DNA of 30,951 nucleotides. Source: a virus. Lineage: Duplodnaviria > Heunggongvirae > Uroviricota > Caudoviricetes. The translations under genes were made by a program, and so were the position numbers. Shown here piece after piece: positions 1-8,910 of this stretch (position 1 is the stretch's first letter; each line of letters opens with the position of its first letter). The notes beneath the pieces were generated by a model that saw nothing but the letters and a program-made list of their open reading frames with translations, was not told the DNA's origin and did no database searches. The stretch lies in IMG/VR virus record IMGVR_UViG_2778261530_000010. One strand, given 5' to 3'.

Positions 1-2526
1 TCAGGGTACCGGTCGTCGTCGCTGGCGAGTGGGCGAAAAGCTGCAAATGAAACAGCACTGCCCGCACCCGGACCTGTTACAGGTCGATCCGTTCGAAGCC
101 ATCATCAACGCGCGTTTTGTACCGTTTCTCCACTCCCCCTGCGCAGCATCCATCTGTTGCCAGTAGCGGCGATTCTCATTCAGTTTCCGGTTCAGACTGT
201 CTGTCAGCGTCTGTTCAGCCTTCCGGTATGCGTCAGAACCATACGAGCCTTTCTGCTTACTGTCCCGTTCAAGTTGCTCCAGCTGTTGCTGGTACTGCTG
301 TCGTAGACGCAACTGCGACTGGTACCGCTGCCGTTGCTGATCGCCCATTCCTGCCATGGCAACGTCCAGATCGTGTTGCTGACGCTGTGCGCGCTCTTCC
401 TCAGCCAGTTGACTGGTCAGCTGAATGGTCTTTTTCTTCAGGTCATTGAGGGCAGTCTGCTTCTGCAGCTCCTGCTGTTTTGCATCCAGCAGCGTCAGTG
501 CCTGAATCAGCTCATCCTTGTGAGCCAGTACACTTTTTTCATCTGCTGTCAGTTTTTTACCGGCTAAATCGCTGATACGCTGCTGAAGGGCCAGAAGCTG
601 TTTATGCGCTTCTGTCATCCTTTCAGTAGCCATGCCCGCTGACTGTCTGGCGGCGGCAATCTGTCCCTCCACCTGCGCCTGTTGCTGGCTGTACTGCAGT
701 AATAGCCGGGTGGCCTCATCATTACGGGTGGCAGGCGTTTTTTTCTTAATGGCTTTTTCGTAACGTTCATTTTCACGCTGTATCGCTGCGTCCCTGACCG
801 CCTGATCGGCGTACTGCATGGCATTAATACGCGCAATTTCACGCTGATGTCGTGCTGCTTCCGTTTCGTTCATCCGGTTCAGCGCGGCATTTTCAGCATT
901 CCGGCGTTTCTGCTGCTCCTGATAATTTCGCTCAGCCTGCTCTTTTGCATCCTGCAAATCCTGCTGGCGTTTTCGCTCTTGCAGCGCATCCAGTTGTTGC
1001 TGATCGTATTCCCCCGTGGTGGACGCCTTAGTCCACGGAAATTTCTTCGCCCGCTGAATTTTTTCCTGCAGCGACGCAATCTGCGCATCAAGGGAATCTT
1101 CCCGACCAATGTTCATAGCCGCATCCCAGAACTGCTTCCACCAGTCAGACAAGGTTTGCAGCGTACTGCCCAGCGCATTGAGGTTATTATCAATATCCGA
1201 CGTACGTTTACCGGTTTCCTCTGCCAGTGCAGACATGGCTATCCGGGCTGCGTCACTGGTGCGCCCCTGCTCTCCGAGCACACGGATCTGTTCAAGCTGG
1301 GTGGCTGTCAGAAAATGCAGTTCATCATCCAGCGCCTTCGCAGCACTGACCGGATCATCCTTCAGCCGTTTAAACTGACTGATGGTGTCACTGACAGACT
1401 GCCCTACCGAGCGTTCCATCTGTGCGGCAGCTTTCGCCACCATACCAATATCGTTACCGTGAAATGCACCGCTCCCCACTACCTGCGCCAGTGACCCCGC
1501 CATGGCATGTTGCGTGATGCCATTACCGGAAAGATTTTTACTGAGCGCCCACAACTGCCCGGCTGTCACACCGGCATAGTGTCCGGTGAGCTCAAGCTGC
1601 CGGTTAAAGGCTTCGCCTTCTTCCTGCCCCTCCATCCAGGCTTTACCCAGACCAATAACCGCAGCAGTGATCCCTCCGATAACTCCCCCCACCGCCAGGC
1701 CTTTCGGAGTCATTAATTTATCAATCCAGCCGGCACGGTTAGCCAGGGTGATCCCGGAGCCACGAAGCGCACCGAAATTACCTCGCGCCAGCTCACCAAT
1801 CATGACCCCCAGCTCCCGACGGGCTGCCGCACTTTTCAGTCCCAGCGAATGTGTGGTGTTTCCGGCTTTCTCCATTTTACGGATGTACACCTCCGCGGCA
1901 CTGCTGCACCCAAGTTGTGCCGCCTTTGCCCGAAGCAGTTCCGTCGTGGTCATTTTCTGGCGACTTGTCTGTTCTTTCAGCTGACGAATAAATGCGGTTT
2001 TCTGGCGGGTGGCCGTTTCCTCTGCCTGTGTCAGAACGCGGGTTTTCGCTGTCACCTCAGAAATCAGGGCCAGATAATCCTGCTGAGCAATCCCGCCACT
2101 GTTTCTGGCCTGTCGGATCTGCTGCTGAATACGCTGTAACTCCTGCAGCCCCGCACTGGCCTGTTTTACGCTGTCGATCTGACGATAAAATGCGGCAGCC
2201 ATCTTATCCTGCGCCGCAGCCAGCGCAGCCGCCTGAACCTGCTCCTCCCGCATCTGACGACTCAGGGCCTCCATCCGCAGGCGCGCCCTTTCCACATCTT
2301 CCGCCAGCGAAACATGCCCCTGCGCATGCTTCACCACGGCCTGAGTCTGTATCACCGTCGCGCTGGCAGCCTGTTTCTGACTTTCCTCAAACCGTTTCAT
2401 ACGGGCTTCGGCCCGCTCCGCCTCCCTTGCTGTACCATTCAGCAGATTTTTTACACGCGGAAGCTGCTCTTTAAAATCGGCGGTATCAATGCTTAAATCA
2501 ATGACAAGGTCAGCAATCTGGTCCAA
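1..2526 (-). CDS. H: Tail tape measure protein (lambda gpH-like), complete 841 aa
   Basis: ORF translation starts MDQIADLVIDLSIDTADFKEQ, matching the lambda gpH N-terminus from memory; long coiled-coil Q/A/R-rich body; lies directly downstream of G/T in lambda gene order; TGA stop is at 1-3. Confidence 0.88.
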   Translation of the reverse strand: MDQIADLVIDLSIDTADFKEQLPRVKNLLNGTAREAERAEARMKRFEESQKQAASATVIQTQAVVKHAQGHVSLAEDVERARLRMEALSRQMREEQVQAAALAAAQDKMAAAFYRQIDSVKQASAGLQELQRIQQQIRQARNSGGIAQQDYLALISEVTAKTRVLTQAEETATRQKTAFIRQLKEQTSRQKMTTTELLRAKAAQLGCSSAAEVYIRKMEKAGNTTHSLGLKSAAARRELGVMIGELARGNFGALRGSGITLANRAGWIDKLMTPKGLAVGGVIGGITAAVIGLGKAWMEGQEEGEAFNRQLELTGHYAGVTAGQLWALSKNLSGNGITQHAMAGSLAQVVGSGAFHGNDIGMVAKAAAQMERSVGQSVSDTISQFKRLKDDPVSAAKALDDELHFLTATQLEQIRVLGEQGRTSDAARIAMSALAEETGKRTSDIDNNLNALGSTLQTLSDWWKQFWDAAMNIGREDSLDAQIASLQEKIQRAKKFPWTKASTTGEYDQQQLDALQERKRQQDLQDAKEQAERNYQEQQKRRNAENAALNRMNETEAARHQREIARINAMQYADQAVRDAAIQRENERYEKAIKKKTPATRNDEATRLLLQYSQQQAQVEGQIAAARQSAGMATERMTEAHKQLLALQQRISDLAGKKLTADEKSVLAHKDELIQALTLLDAKQQELQKQTALNDLKKKTIQLTSQLAEEERAQRQQHDLDVAMAGMGDQQRQRYQSQLRLRQQYQQQLEQLERDSKQKGSYGSDAYRKAEQTLTDSLNRKLNENRRYWQQMDAAQGEWRNGTKRALMMASNGSTCNRSGCGQCCFICSFSPTRQRRRPVP

Positions 2527-2863
2527 ATCTCATTCCTCCCGATATACCTTCCCCCAGATGCATCAGCTCTTCATCCGTGCGTTCAGGGATCACCCTGTCA
2601 TCCGTAACCAGACTGAAATCATCCGCCGGAATACGTTCACCGGACACCATCTGAACCATCAGCGACTTCAGTGTGGAAATCTGTGCATCCAGCCAGATAT
2701 CCCCGAAACTCTGCTTCCGGAAGAAATCCCCCCATTCGCCCAGTTCTGACGCTGACATTTCTGATAACATCCGCCGCCAGTCTGCCCGCCGGAACTCACG
2801 GGCAAGCTGCATCACAAACTGCATCTCCCGCGTCAGGACTTTTCCGGTGTCAGAGGAACCTGT
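2510..2863 (-). CDS. T: Tail assembly chaperone T-frame segment, expected to be expressed only as a G-T fusion by programmed -1 frameshift
   Basis: The -1 frame relative to G is open from 2863 down to the stop at 2510 and overlaps the G 3' end; its position between G and H matches the lambda G/GT arrangement. Confidence 0.7.
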   Translation of the reverse strand, partial: TGSSDTGKVLTREMQFVMQLAREFRRADWRRMLSEMSASELGEWGDFFRKQSFGDIWLDAQISTLKSLMVQMVSGERIPADDFSLVTDDRVIPERTDEELMHLGEGISGGMRFGPDC

Positions 2864-3222
2864 TCACCGTTCTGAACATCACCGGTGGAGACCGGCATAC
2901 CACTCAGGGATAAAACCAGACTGCCCCCGTCGCCAAGCGCGTCATAAGACCAGGTGTTTTTTACATCCTCATTCAGCGCATCCACATCCTGTGACGGGTC
3001 CGTATTCCACATTGACCGGGAAACCAGCCAGGCGTTGATATCCATCCCCATACGCAGAAATTCAATCTGACGTTCAGCCACCGGCATGGCATCATCCAGG
3101 GCGTCAAACTCAGCCGTCCGTTTCTGGACAAACGACAGATATTCCACCCGCTGCAGCCCGGACAGTTCTGTCATAACCACAGACTGATCACCGTAATTAA
3201 ATGTGTCCTGTTTCAGAAACAT
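2833..3222 (-). CDS. G: Tail assembly chaperone gpG
   Basis: Translation MFLKQDTFNYGDQSVVMTELSGLQRVEYL resembles lambda gpG; ATG at 3220-3222 is preceded by GGAGAAGG; the ORF-track start at 3243 is a TTG inside the upstream terminator hairpin. Confidence 0.82.
   Translation of the reverse strand: MFLKQDTFNYGDQSVVMTELSGLQRVEYLSFVQKRTAEFDALDDAMPVAERQIEFLRMGMDINAWLVSRSMWNTDPSQDVDALNEDVKNTWSYDALGDGGSLVLSLSGMPVSTGDVQNGEQVPLTPEKS
2839..2845 (-). other. Candidate -1 ribosomal frameshift site, mRNA heptamer GGAAAAG (A_AAG type), 4 nt upstream of the G stop
   Basis: Minus-strand mRNA reads ACA CCG GAA AAG TCC TGA in the G frame; slipping back one base at GAA-AAG enters the open T frame (GGA AAA GTC ...). 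Confidence 0.5.
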
Positions 3223-3241
3223 AACCTTCTCCGCAAACAAC

Positions 3242-3264
3242 AAAAAAACCCCGGCATACCGGGG
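3242..3264 (-). terminator. Intrinsic terminator-like hairpin immediately after the major tail gene V
   Basis: Minus strand reads CCCCGG-UAUG-CCGGGG followed by UUUUUUU (plus strand AAAAAAA CCCCGGCATACCGGGG). Confidence 0.6.
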
Positions 3265-3282
3265 TACAAACAGACCGTCTGA

Positions 3283-4023
3283 TTAACCACCATTAACGGT
3301 AATACTGGCCACTGCGACCTGTGCGCCACCCGCTGTCATCCCGACAATCGAGGTGCTTCCCGCTTTCACACCTTTCACCGTGGCCACCATGCCACTCAGT
3401 GTAACCGTGGCGATCTCAGGAGAGGATGACGCCACACTCACCGTTTTATCAGATGCATCTTCCGGTACTGTGCTGAATGTCAGCGTCGTCGTTGCCCCCA
3501 CCCTGACACTGGCAGATGCCGGTGCCACCGTCAGACCGGTCACGCTAACAAGCCCGGTGCCTTCCTCTGCCAGATACGGACGTCCCACACCGCTGATTTT
3601 CACAGTGCGGGTCATCACCTCTTTAGAGGTAACAGTTTTCCCCAGCGAGCTCAGCCAGCCACGGAAAACATCAACAGTGCCGTTGGGATATTTGATACGA
3701 AACGCACAGACTTCACCAGAGTCGAACAACTGAACCAGTTTTTTCTGCCCGCTGTCACCCGGACGCCAGGCCAGCGTCGCCGAAGTATCACCGACGGATT
3801 TTTGCCCCTGGGTTGTCGTTTTCCAGTCAGCATTTTCATCATCGAGATAATCGTCATCTTCCGCATCTGCAGTCATTTCGCCCGGCTGTAAATCCTTCAC
3901 CATCGCAAGACGCAGCCAGTCAGTATCTGACAACGGAGCCGCAAAGGCGTCCCCTTTGCCGGTATACATCCAGAACGTCGTCCCCGCGCCCTTCGTTTTT
4001 TCCAGTGGATTCGGTGTTGGCAT
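3283..4023 (-). CDS. V: Major tail tube protein gpV with C-terminal Ig-like (Big_2-type) domain
   Basis: MPTPNPLEKTKGAGTTFWMY... and YPNGTVDVFRGW resemble lambda gpV; ATG at 4021-4023 has AAGGAG 6 nt upstream; length 246 aa as in lambda. Confidence 0.9.
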   Translation of the reverse strand: MPTPNPLEKTKGAGTTFWMYTGKGDAFAAPLSDTDWLRLAMVKDLQPGEMTADAEDDDYLDDENADWKTTTQGQKSVGDTSATLAWRPGDSGQKKLVQLFDSGEVCAFRIKYPNGTVDVFRGWLSSLGKTVTSKEVMTRTVKISGVGRPYLAEEGTGLVSVTGLTVAPASASVRVGATTTLTFSTVPEDASDKTVSVASSSPEIATVTLSGMVATVKGVKAGSTSIVGMTAGGAQVAVASITVNGG

Positions 4024-4037
4024 TACCATCTCCTTGT

Positions 4038-4439
4038 TCAATTTGTATATGTGATCTGATACGTGATTTCCGCCATCGCCCAGGTGGCCATCTCGTTATC
4101 ACGCTGATAGTTAAATCCCTGCGGGATCATGGTATCGATAAGATCTGAAAGTGCCGGAATATCTGTCAGAGCCGGGTAAATAATGTCATCCATCCACGTA
4201 TCCAGTTCTGTATCCGGTGCCTGCGCCCGGATAAAGACCGCGACATGCAGAACCGCCTGCCAGTCAGCCTCATCCACCATTTTTCCGGTGTACTGCGCAT
4301 CGCTCAGCCATACCGCCACGGCGGGCAGTTCCTGCGCATCAATAAAAGCAGGAAGTCCATCGAACAGGACGGTATTCTCCCTGCACGTCGCTTTCAGGCA
4401 CGACAATACGGCCTGACGAATTTGTGTGTGTCGGTTCAT
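4038..4439 (-). CDS. U: Tail tube terminator protein gpU
   Basis: Translation FDGLPAFIDAQELPAVAVWL...DIPALSDLI resembles lambda gpU; ATGA start/stop overlap with Z. Confidence 0.88.
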   Translation of the reverse strand: MNRHTQIRQAVLSCLKATCRENTVLFDGLPAFIDAQELPAVAVWLSDAQYTGKMVDEADWQAVLHVAVFIRAQAPDTELDTWMDDIIYPALTDIPALSDLIDTMIPQGFNYQRDNEMATWAMAEITYQITYTN

Positions 4440-5014
4440 CGGGTCAGATATAACCTCAGTTGTTGTTTCAGGGCATACCCCAGCTGTTTCGGCATCTCGT
4501 TATCAATGACGCTTTTACGGGCATCCTCAAATGCCAGTGTCAGCGGACCGGACAGCGGAATTTTCACCACATCAATGGGGTAACGATTTTTGCCGTCAAT
4601 ACGCCGCATCACATGCCAGCGACCGTTCGCCAGTTGCTGAATAAAGGCATTCCGGAAGAGATATTTTCCCACTTTCAGCACACTGCCACGGTAATGTAAC
4701 CTGCCACCACGCCGGGTCATTCTGACCTGTGCAGCCCCCAGTTTTATGGCGGGCAGGTTGCCGCGATTTACGCGAATACGGGCATACATTTTTCCGTCCG
4801 GGCTGGCTTTAAGTACCCTGACACGCTCACGCACCAGTTTCAGGGGGATCCCCTTCACCTGGTTATCACCAGCCACAGTATTCTGCGCGACCAGCCGTGT
4901 GGCGACAGAGACAACCTTTGCCGCCACACGGTTCATCGCCCATGCGCTGGCCTGTGGCACCATACGGGTATCAAGGATGTCCAGATTACGGATGGCGTTT
5001 TCAAGACCTTTCAT
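4436..5014 (-). CDS. Z: Tail completion protein gpZ
   Basis: MKGLENAIRNLD...NRYPIDVVKIP...LGYALKQQLR resembles lambda gpZ; internal ATG at 5012-5014 chosen by alignment with the lambda N-terminus. Confidence 0.82.
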   Translation of the reverse strand: MKGLENAIRNLDILDTRMVPQASAWAMNRVAAKVVSVATRLVAQNTVAGDNQVKGIPLKLVRERVRVLKASPDGKMYARIRVNRGNLPAIKLGAAQVRMTRRGGRLHYRGSVLKVGKYLFRNAFIQQLANGRWHVMRRIDGKNRYPIDVVKIPLSGPLTLAFEDARKSVIDNEMPKQLGYALKQQLRLYLTR

Positions 5015-5375
5015 AATATCGCCCCGTACTGATATCACCCCGGGAACTGTCACACCGTTGCAGGCGGATATAACAGCATCCCCTGTCGTCCGGAGTAATG
5101 CGATCCACCCGAAAAAGATCCCCACCAACCTCCAGCGTATCCAGACGGCGCAGTCCCGTAATATCTGCTGTTTTCACAAACAAAGACGGTGAAGAATCTT
5201 CAAACCGTACTCCTCCGGCAACGAACGAAATTTTTTCAGGATCATCAAAAACACCCCTGAGTGTTTTTCCTTCAAGCTGACCGGACGTAATTACCGCCGT
5301 AATCCCCATATGACAAAGAATGACCTCGTCAGCCATGGCGACGGCGGCATCAAACGGATTATCGAAATCTGCCAC
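5001..5375 (-). CDS. FII: Head-tail connector protein gpFII
   Basis: MADFDNPFDAAVAMADEVI...GVFDDPE resembles lambda gpFII; the start codon appears to be GTG at 5373-5375 with a GGGGGAAAG upstream. Confidence 0.88.
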   Translation of the reverse strand: MADFDNPFDAAVAMADEVILCHMGITAVITSGQLEGKTLRGVFDDPEKISFVAGGVRFEDSSPSLFVKTADITGLRRLDTLEVGGDLFRVDRITPDDRGCCYIRLQRCDSSRGDISTGRYYERS

Positions 5376-5388
5376 CTTTCCCCCACAT

Positions 5389-5769
5389 TCAACACATTTT
5401 CACGAGGCCACTTTCTGCCATGCTGGCTGCCACCACAGCAGATACACGAAACACTTCTCCCGGACGTACAAATGCCACGGGGTTATCCCGTGTGGCGTGG
5501 AGTGCATTGACATGTAACATCACCACAGCTTTGACCATGACCATATCCACAGAATTTCGGTTCTCACTCTCCCCACGTTCGGATCGTGTTTCGTTTTTTT
5601 GTTGTGGTTCTTCATCATCCTTATACAGGCCGTCTGAACCATCACTTAATTCTTCTTCCCACTCCGCCAGACGTTGTTCAAGATCAGCTTTAGAGCCTGA
5701 AATATCGGCATCGCGCCCGAGTACTGCCGCCAGCTCCTGAAGACGCGCTGTTATTTCTTCTTTTGTCAT
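5389..5769 (-). CDS. FI: Head completion / DNA packaging protein gpFI
   Basis: MTKEEITARLQEL... and C-terminal HATRDNPVAFVRPG..FRVSA resemble lambda gpFI; ATG at 5767-5769 preceded by AGGAGA. Confidence 0.85.
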   Translation of the reverse strand: MTKEEITARLQELAAVLGRDADISGSKADLEQRLAEWEEELSDGSDGLYKDDEEPQQKNETRSERGESENRNSVDMVMVKAVVMLHVNALHATRDNPVAFVRPGEVFRVSAVVAASMAESGLVKMC

Positions 5770-5790
5770 CACATCTCTCCTGTGCGATAA

Positions 5791-5814
5791 AGAAAAAGGC
5801 GGGAATATCCCGCC
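5791..5814 (-). terminator. Intrinsic terminator-like hairpin between major capsid gene E and FI
   Basis: Minus strand reads AGGCGGGA-UAUU-CCCGCC followed by UUUUUCUUU. Confidence 0.5.
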
Positions 5815-5819
5815 TGACC

Positions 5820-6848
5820 TTATTTCACCTGAACCACCACAAATGCGTCCGGATCCGGCAACACCATCAACGGCGCAGACTGCGTCATGGTATATTCGCA
5901 CCCCGGGTCCCCCACCTCTAACCAGTGTTTCGGATAACGAATTGCAGAGGTGATCCCTTCACTCAGCGCCTGGTTATCCTGGATTGCGCCATAACAACGG
6001 ACACCCTCCACCTGAGTGTTTCCAAGAATCAGTGTGCCTTCCGGCAGATAACGCTGCTCATCCCCGTTTTCATCAACATACGTTGTTTTCGCCACCATGA
6101 TGGCCAGATCACCGTAATAACCTTTAAAAGAAACCACGGACCCCAGATCTTTCAGCGCGGTTTCCAGTTCAGATTTTGAGCCACGGCGGGTATCCAGTTT
6201 TTCACGAAACAGTTTAAAACCGTTCAGCATACGCCAGACAGTACCGTCCATAATCGCAATATTGATGGTACCGGAAGCAAAATCGCAGTACGCATCCAGA
6301 TCATGCGTCGGATCAAAGGTGTCAGTATTCTGTTTTGACCATTCGCGTCCCCCTGCCTGCGTAATGTTATTGGCGGCAGAACGTCCAAAATCCACTTCCA
6401 CCGTCTCAAACTGTTCACCGCTCATGGTGTACTTACCCTGCAGAACAGCGCTGACCGCCTGCATTTCTTCCACCTGCACAATCGCCTGTTCTTCCTGTTT
6501 CAGGTTGTCAGTCAGAATACGCAGGCGACGGTAGGCCGGGTCATTAAGACGGGCCGGATCTTCCCCCGGAAGACGCTCCACCGCCTGCTGATAATCCAGC
6601 CGGTGTTTTGGTTTAACATAGCCGGGGCGTAACACGCGGGTTTCACCACCACGACTGCGCAGTACCTTACCTGACACAACCGGAGACACATATGCCGCAA
6701 CCGGTGTTTTTCCGGTGATTTTATCCAGCATCACTTCCTGAGTATGGAAAGTGACCGTACGACGAAAAAACAGCTCCAGAAACAGCGCACGGAATTTCAC
6801 TTTCTGCTCGGTGTAGCCGAGCAACTGACGCGTGGTAAATAACCCCAT
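5820..6848 (-). CDS. E: Major capsid protein gpE
   Basis: Motifs YVSPVVSG, PGYVKPKH, VQVEEMQAVSAVLQGKYTM and SAPLMVLPDPD resemble lambda gpE; ATG at 6846-6848 preceded by AAAGGAAAG. Confidence 0.92.
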   Translation of the reverse strand: MGLFTTRQLLGYTEQKVKFRALFLELFFRRTVTFHTQEVMLDKITGKTPVAAYVSPVVSGKVLRSRGGETRVLRPGYVKPKHRLDYQQAVERLPGEDPARLNDPAYRRLRILTDNLKQEEQAIVQVEEMQAVSAVLQGKYTMSGEQFETVEVDFGRSAANNITQAGGREWSKQNTDTFDPTHDLDAYCDFASGTINIAIMDGTVWRMLNGFKLFREKLDTRRGSKSELETALKDLGSVVSFKGYYGDLAIMVAKTTYVDENGDEQRYLPEGTLILGNTQVEGVRCYGAIQDNQALSEGITSAIRYPKHWLEVGDPGCEYTMTQSAPLMVLPDPDAFVVVQVK

Positions 6849-6861
6849 AATTGACTTTCCT

Positions 6862-6899
6862 TTAAAAACACAAACGGGCCGCATCACGACCCGTTTTTT
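6862..6899. terminator. Bidirectional terminator-like hairpin between decoration gene D and capsid gene E
   Basis: Plus strand ACGGGCCGCATCACGACCCGT is flanked by an A-run on the left and TTTTTT on the right; on the minus strand the stem is followed by UUGUGUUUUU. Confidence 0.45.
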
Positions 6900-6917
6900 C
6901 AGTTAATCACTTCACCA

Positions 6918-7253
6918 TCAGGCGTGGCTGATGGCACTTCCCACAAACGCGTTGGCTTTTTTCACCGCATCCACCGAATCCGGCCAGACCAGCGATTCGG
7001 TGGCAAACGTACCGCTTTTGTAGTACGTCAGTGTGGGCTCGGTCCCGGCCAGCGCCAGTACCAGCACCCCCACAGCCGTTCCGGCTTTCTGACCATCCCA
7101 TGCCACCAGTTTTCCGCTGGCGTCATCCAGCATCAGTGGCGTCAGTGAAGGCGTGGCAACACTGATACCACTGGTACCTGTTGCGGTATATACCGGATCG
7201 CTTCCGGCAAAAATGCGCCCGTCCGCGCGCTTTTCTGTGGTGGTTTTAATCAT
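6918..7253 (-). CDS. D: Head decoration protein gpD
   Basis: TPLMLDDASGKLVAWDG and YYKSGTF resemble lambda gpD; ATG at 7251-7253 preceded by AGGAGA. Confidence 0.9.
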   Translation of the reverse strand: MIKTTTEKRADGRIFAGSDPVYTATGTSGISVATPSLTPLMLDDASGKLVAWDGQKAGTAVGVLVLALAGTEPTLTYYKSGTFATESLVWPDSVDAVKKANAFVGSAISHA

Positions 7254-7293
7254 TTTCTCAGTCTCCTGATTTATCTGAATCACGGATCCCCGC

Positions 7294-8910
7294 TTACGGC
7301 ATACTCATCAGCAGTTCTTCTTCCCCGTTCCCGGCAGTTCCGCCACCGGAAACGGCACTGGCGGCATGCTGTGCCATGAAGCGCTCAAAAAGTGTTACCT
7401 GTGACGGTTGCGATACTGATGGCGCAGCTGCCAGCAGCGTTTTCGCCTGCTCCACTGTCATTCCAGGTTGTTCAGCCAGCGCCTGTGCCAGTTTTTCGCG
7501 TCCTTTTGCTTCCGGCAACGCAATAATTTGATCGCCGGTACTTGCCGTACCGGTTGCCGGTGCCGCTACCAGTAGCATTTTCGCCTGTTCCACCGTCATT
7601 CCCGGCTGTTCAGCCAGCGCCTGTGCGAGTTGTTCACGCCCTTTTGCTTCCGGAAGTGCCATAATCTGCTCGCCGGTACTTGCCGCACCGGAAACCGGTG
7701 CCGCTGCCAGTAACGTTTTCGCCTGCTCCACCGTCATTCCCGGCTGTTCAGCCAGCGTCCGTGCCAGTTGTTCACGCCCTTTTGCTTCCAGAAGTGCCAT
7801 AATCTGATCGCCTGTGCTGTCAGTACCGGCAACCGGTGCTGCCGCCAGTAATGTTTTTGCCTGCTCAACTGACATTCCCTGCTGACCTGCCAGCATCTGC
7901 GCCAGTTTTTCGCGTCCTTTCGCCTCCTGACAATTCAGGATCCCCATCACGCGCTGATTTTCCCGGGACACCGCTTCAGCAACGGTGAGATTTTTTGTTG
8001 TCATCGTATTCTCCTGTGTAACAGAGTCGTTCAGAGCAGAAACCATTACATCAACGGCATCTGCAGCATTAATCAGTTGATCAGCCAGGCCTGTATCAAT
8101 GCCTGCCTGACCGTCATAAACGGCAGCCTCGGTATTCATCACCGCCTCTGAACTCAGCCCCGTATAAAGCGCCATCTTGTCGACAAACATCCGGCGGGCC
8201 TCATCAATACGGCGCTGAAAATCCGCACGCACACCTGTCGGCAACGCCTGAATACTGTTGCCGTCAACCTTGTGCTGCCCGGAGTAAATCAGCGTGATAT
8301 CCACGCCTTCCTGTGCCAGTTGTTTCTCGTAACTGGTGTGCGCCATCATCACACCAATCGAACCAATTTTTGCCGTCTGCGTGACCAGCCGACGCGTACA
8401 GGCCGCCGCCAGCAACATGGCGGCTGAACAGGCCATGTCATTACACAGCGCCCACACGGGCTTCTGTTCCCGCAGACGGTAAATCATGTCAGCACAGTCA
8501 AACGCCCCGGCAGCCTGACCACCCGGACTGTCGATATCCAGTAAAATGCCGCGTACATCCGGGTCGTTCACCGCTGACTTAAGACGGGCAGTCAGACCGT
8601 CATAACCGGTCATACCGGAATATGGCCGCAGGGTACCCATTTTATGTACCAACGTGCCGCTCACCGGCAGAATGGCAATACCATTTTTCACCTGGTAACT
8701 CTTTACCGGACGCGGACCACCAGTCATATAATCGGTAACCGCCAGCTGCATACCATCGGCATCAAGCTGAACGGCCTGCTGCGGAACGGCAAGGCTGCCC
8801 GCCCCCATCTCCTTACCCAGTGCGCAAAAGAAAACCCGCGCATAGGCGGGTTCCAGTAAAAGCGGCTCATTAAATGCCATCGCGGCAATATGTGATAAAT
8901 TACAGCGCAT
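7294..8910 (-). CDS. C: Prohead protease/scaffold gpC (S49/ClpP-like peptidase) with a C-terminal Nu3-like scaffold region containing four tandem repeats
   Basis: AAMAFNEPLLLEPAYARVFFCAL, PVSGTL, PYSGMTGYDG and ALCNDMACSAA resemble lambda gpC; the start overlaps the portal stop. Confidence 0.9.
   Translation of the reverse strand: MRCNLSHIAAMAFNEPLLLEPAYARVFFCALGKEMGAGSLAVPQQAVQLDADGMQLAVTDYMTGGPRPVKSYQVKNGIAILPVSGTLVHKMGTLRPYSGMTGYDGLTARLKSAVNDPDVRGILLDIDSPGGQAAGAFDCADMIYRLREQKPVWALCNDMACSAAMLLAAACTRRLVTQTAKIGSIGVMMAHTSYEKQLAQEGVDITLIYSGQHKVDGNSIQALPTGVRADFQRRIDEARRMFVDKMALYTGLSSEAVMNTEAAVYDGQAGIDTGLADQLINAADAVDVMVSALNDSVTQENTMTTKNLTVAEAVSRENQRVMGILNCQEAKGREKLAQMLAGQQGMSVEQAKTLLAAAPVAGTDSTGDQIMALLEAKGREQLARTLAEQPGMTVEQAKTLLAAAPVSGAASTGEQIMALPEAKGREQLAQALAEQPGMTVEQAKMLLVAAPATGTASTGDQIIALPEAKGREKLAQALAEQPGMTVEQAKTLLAAAPSVSQPSQVTLFERFMAQHAASAVSGGGTAGNGEEELLMSMP
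7437..7930 (-). repeat. Four tandem in-frame coding repeats of about 123 bp (41 aa) inside gpC/Nu3
   Basis: The DNA unit GTTTTCGCCTGCTCCACCGTCATTCCCGGCTGTTCAGCCAGCG... recurs four times; the protein shows four copies of EAKGRE(K/Q)LAQ.LAEQPGMTVEQAKTLLAAAP....TGDQI.AL. Confidence 0.85.

Noticed and set aside
117-2474. Several plus-strand ORFs (117..449, 847..1494, 1586..1984, 1992..2474 and others) inside the tape measure gene region
   Set aside because: They lie antisense to the homology-supported gpH gene; the Pro/Ala/Ser-rich translations are typical shadow ORFs of a GC-rich, repeat-rich gene.
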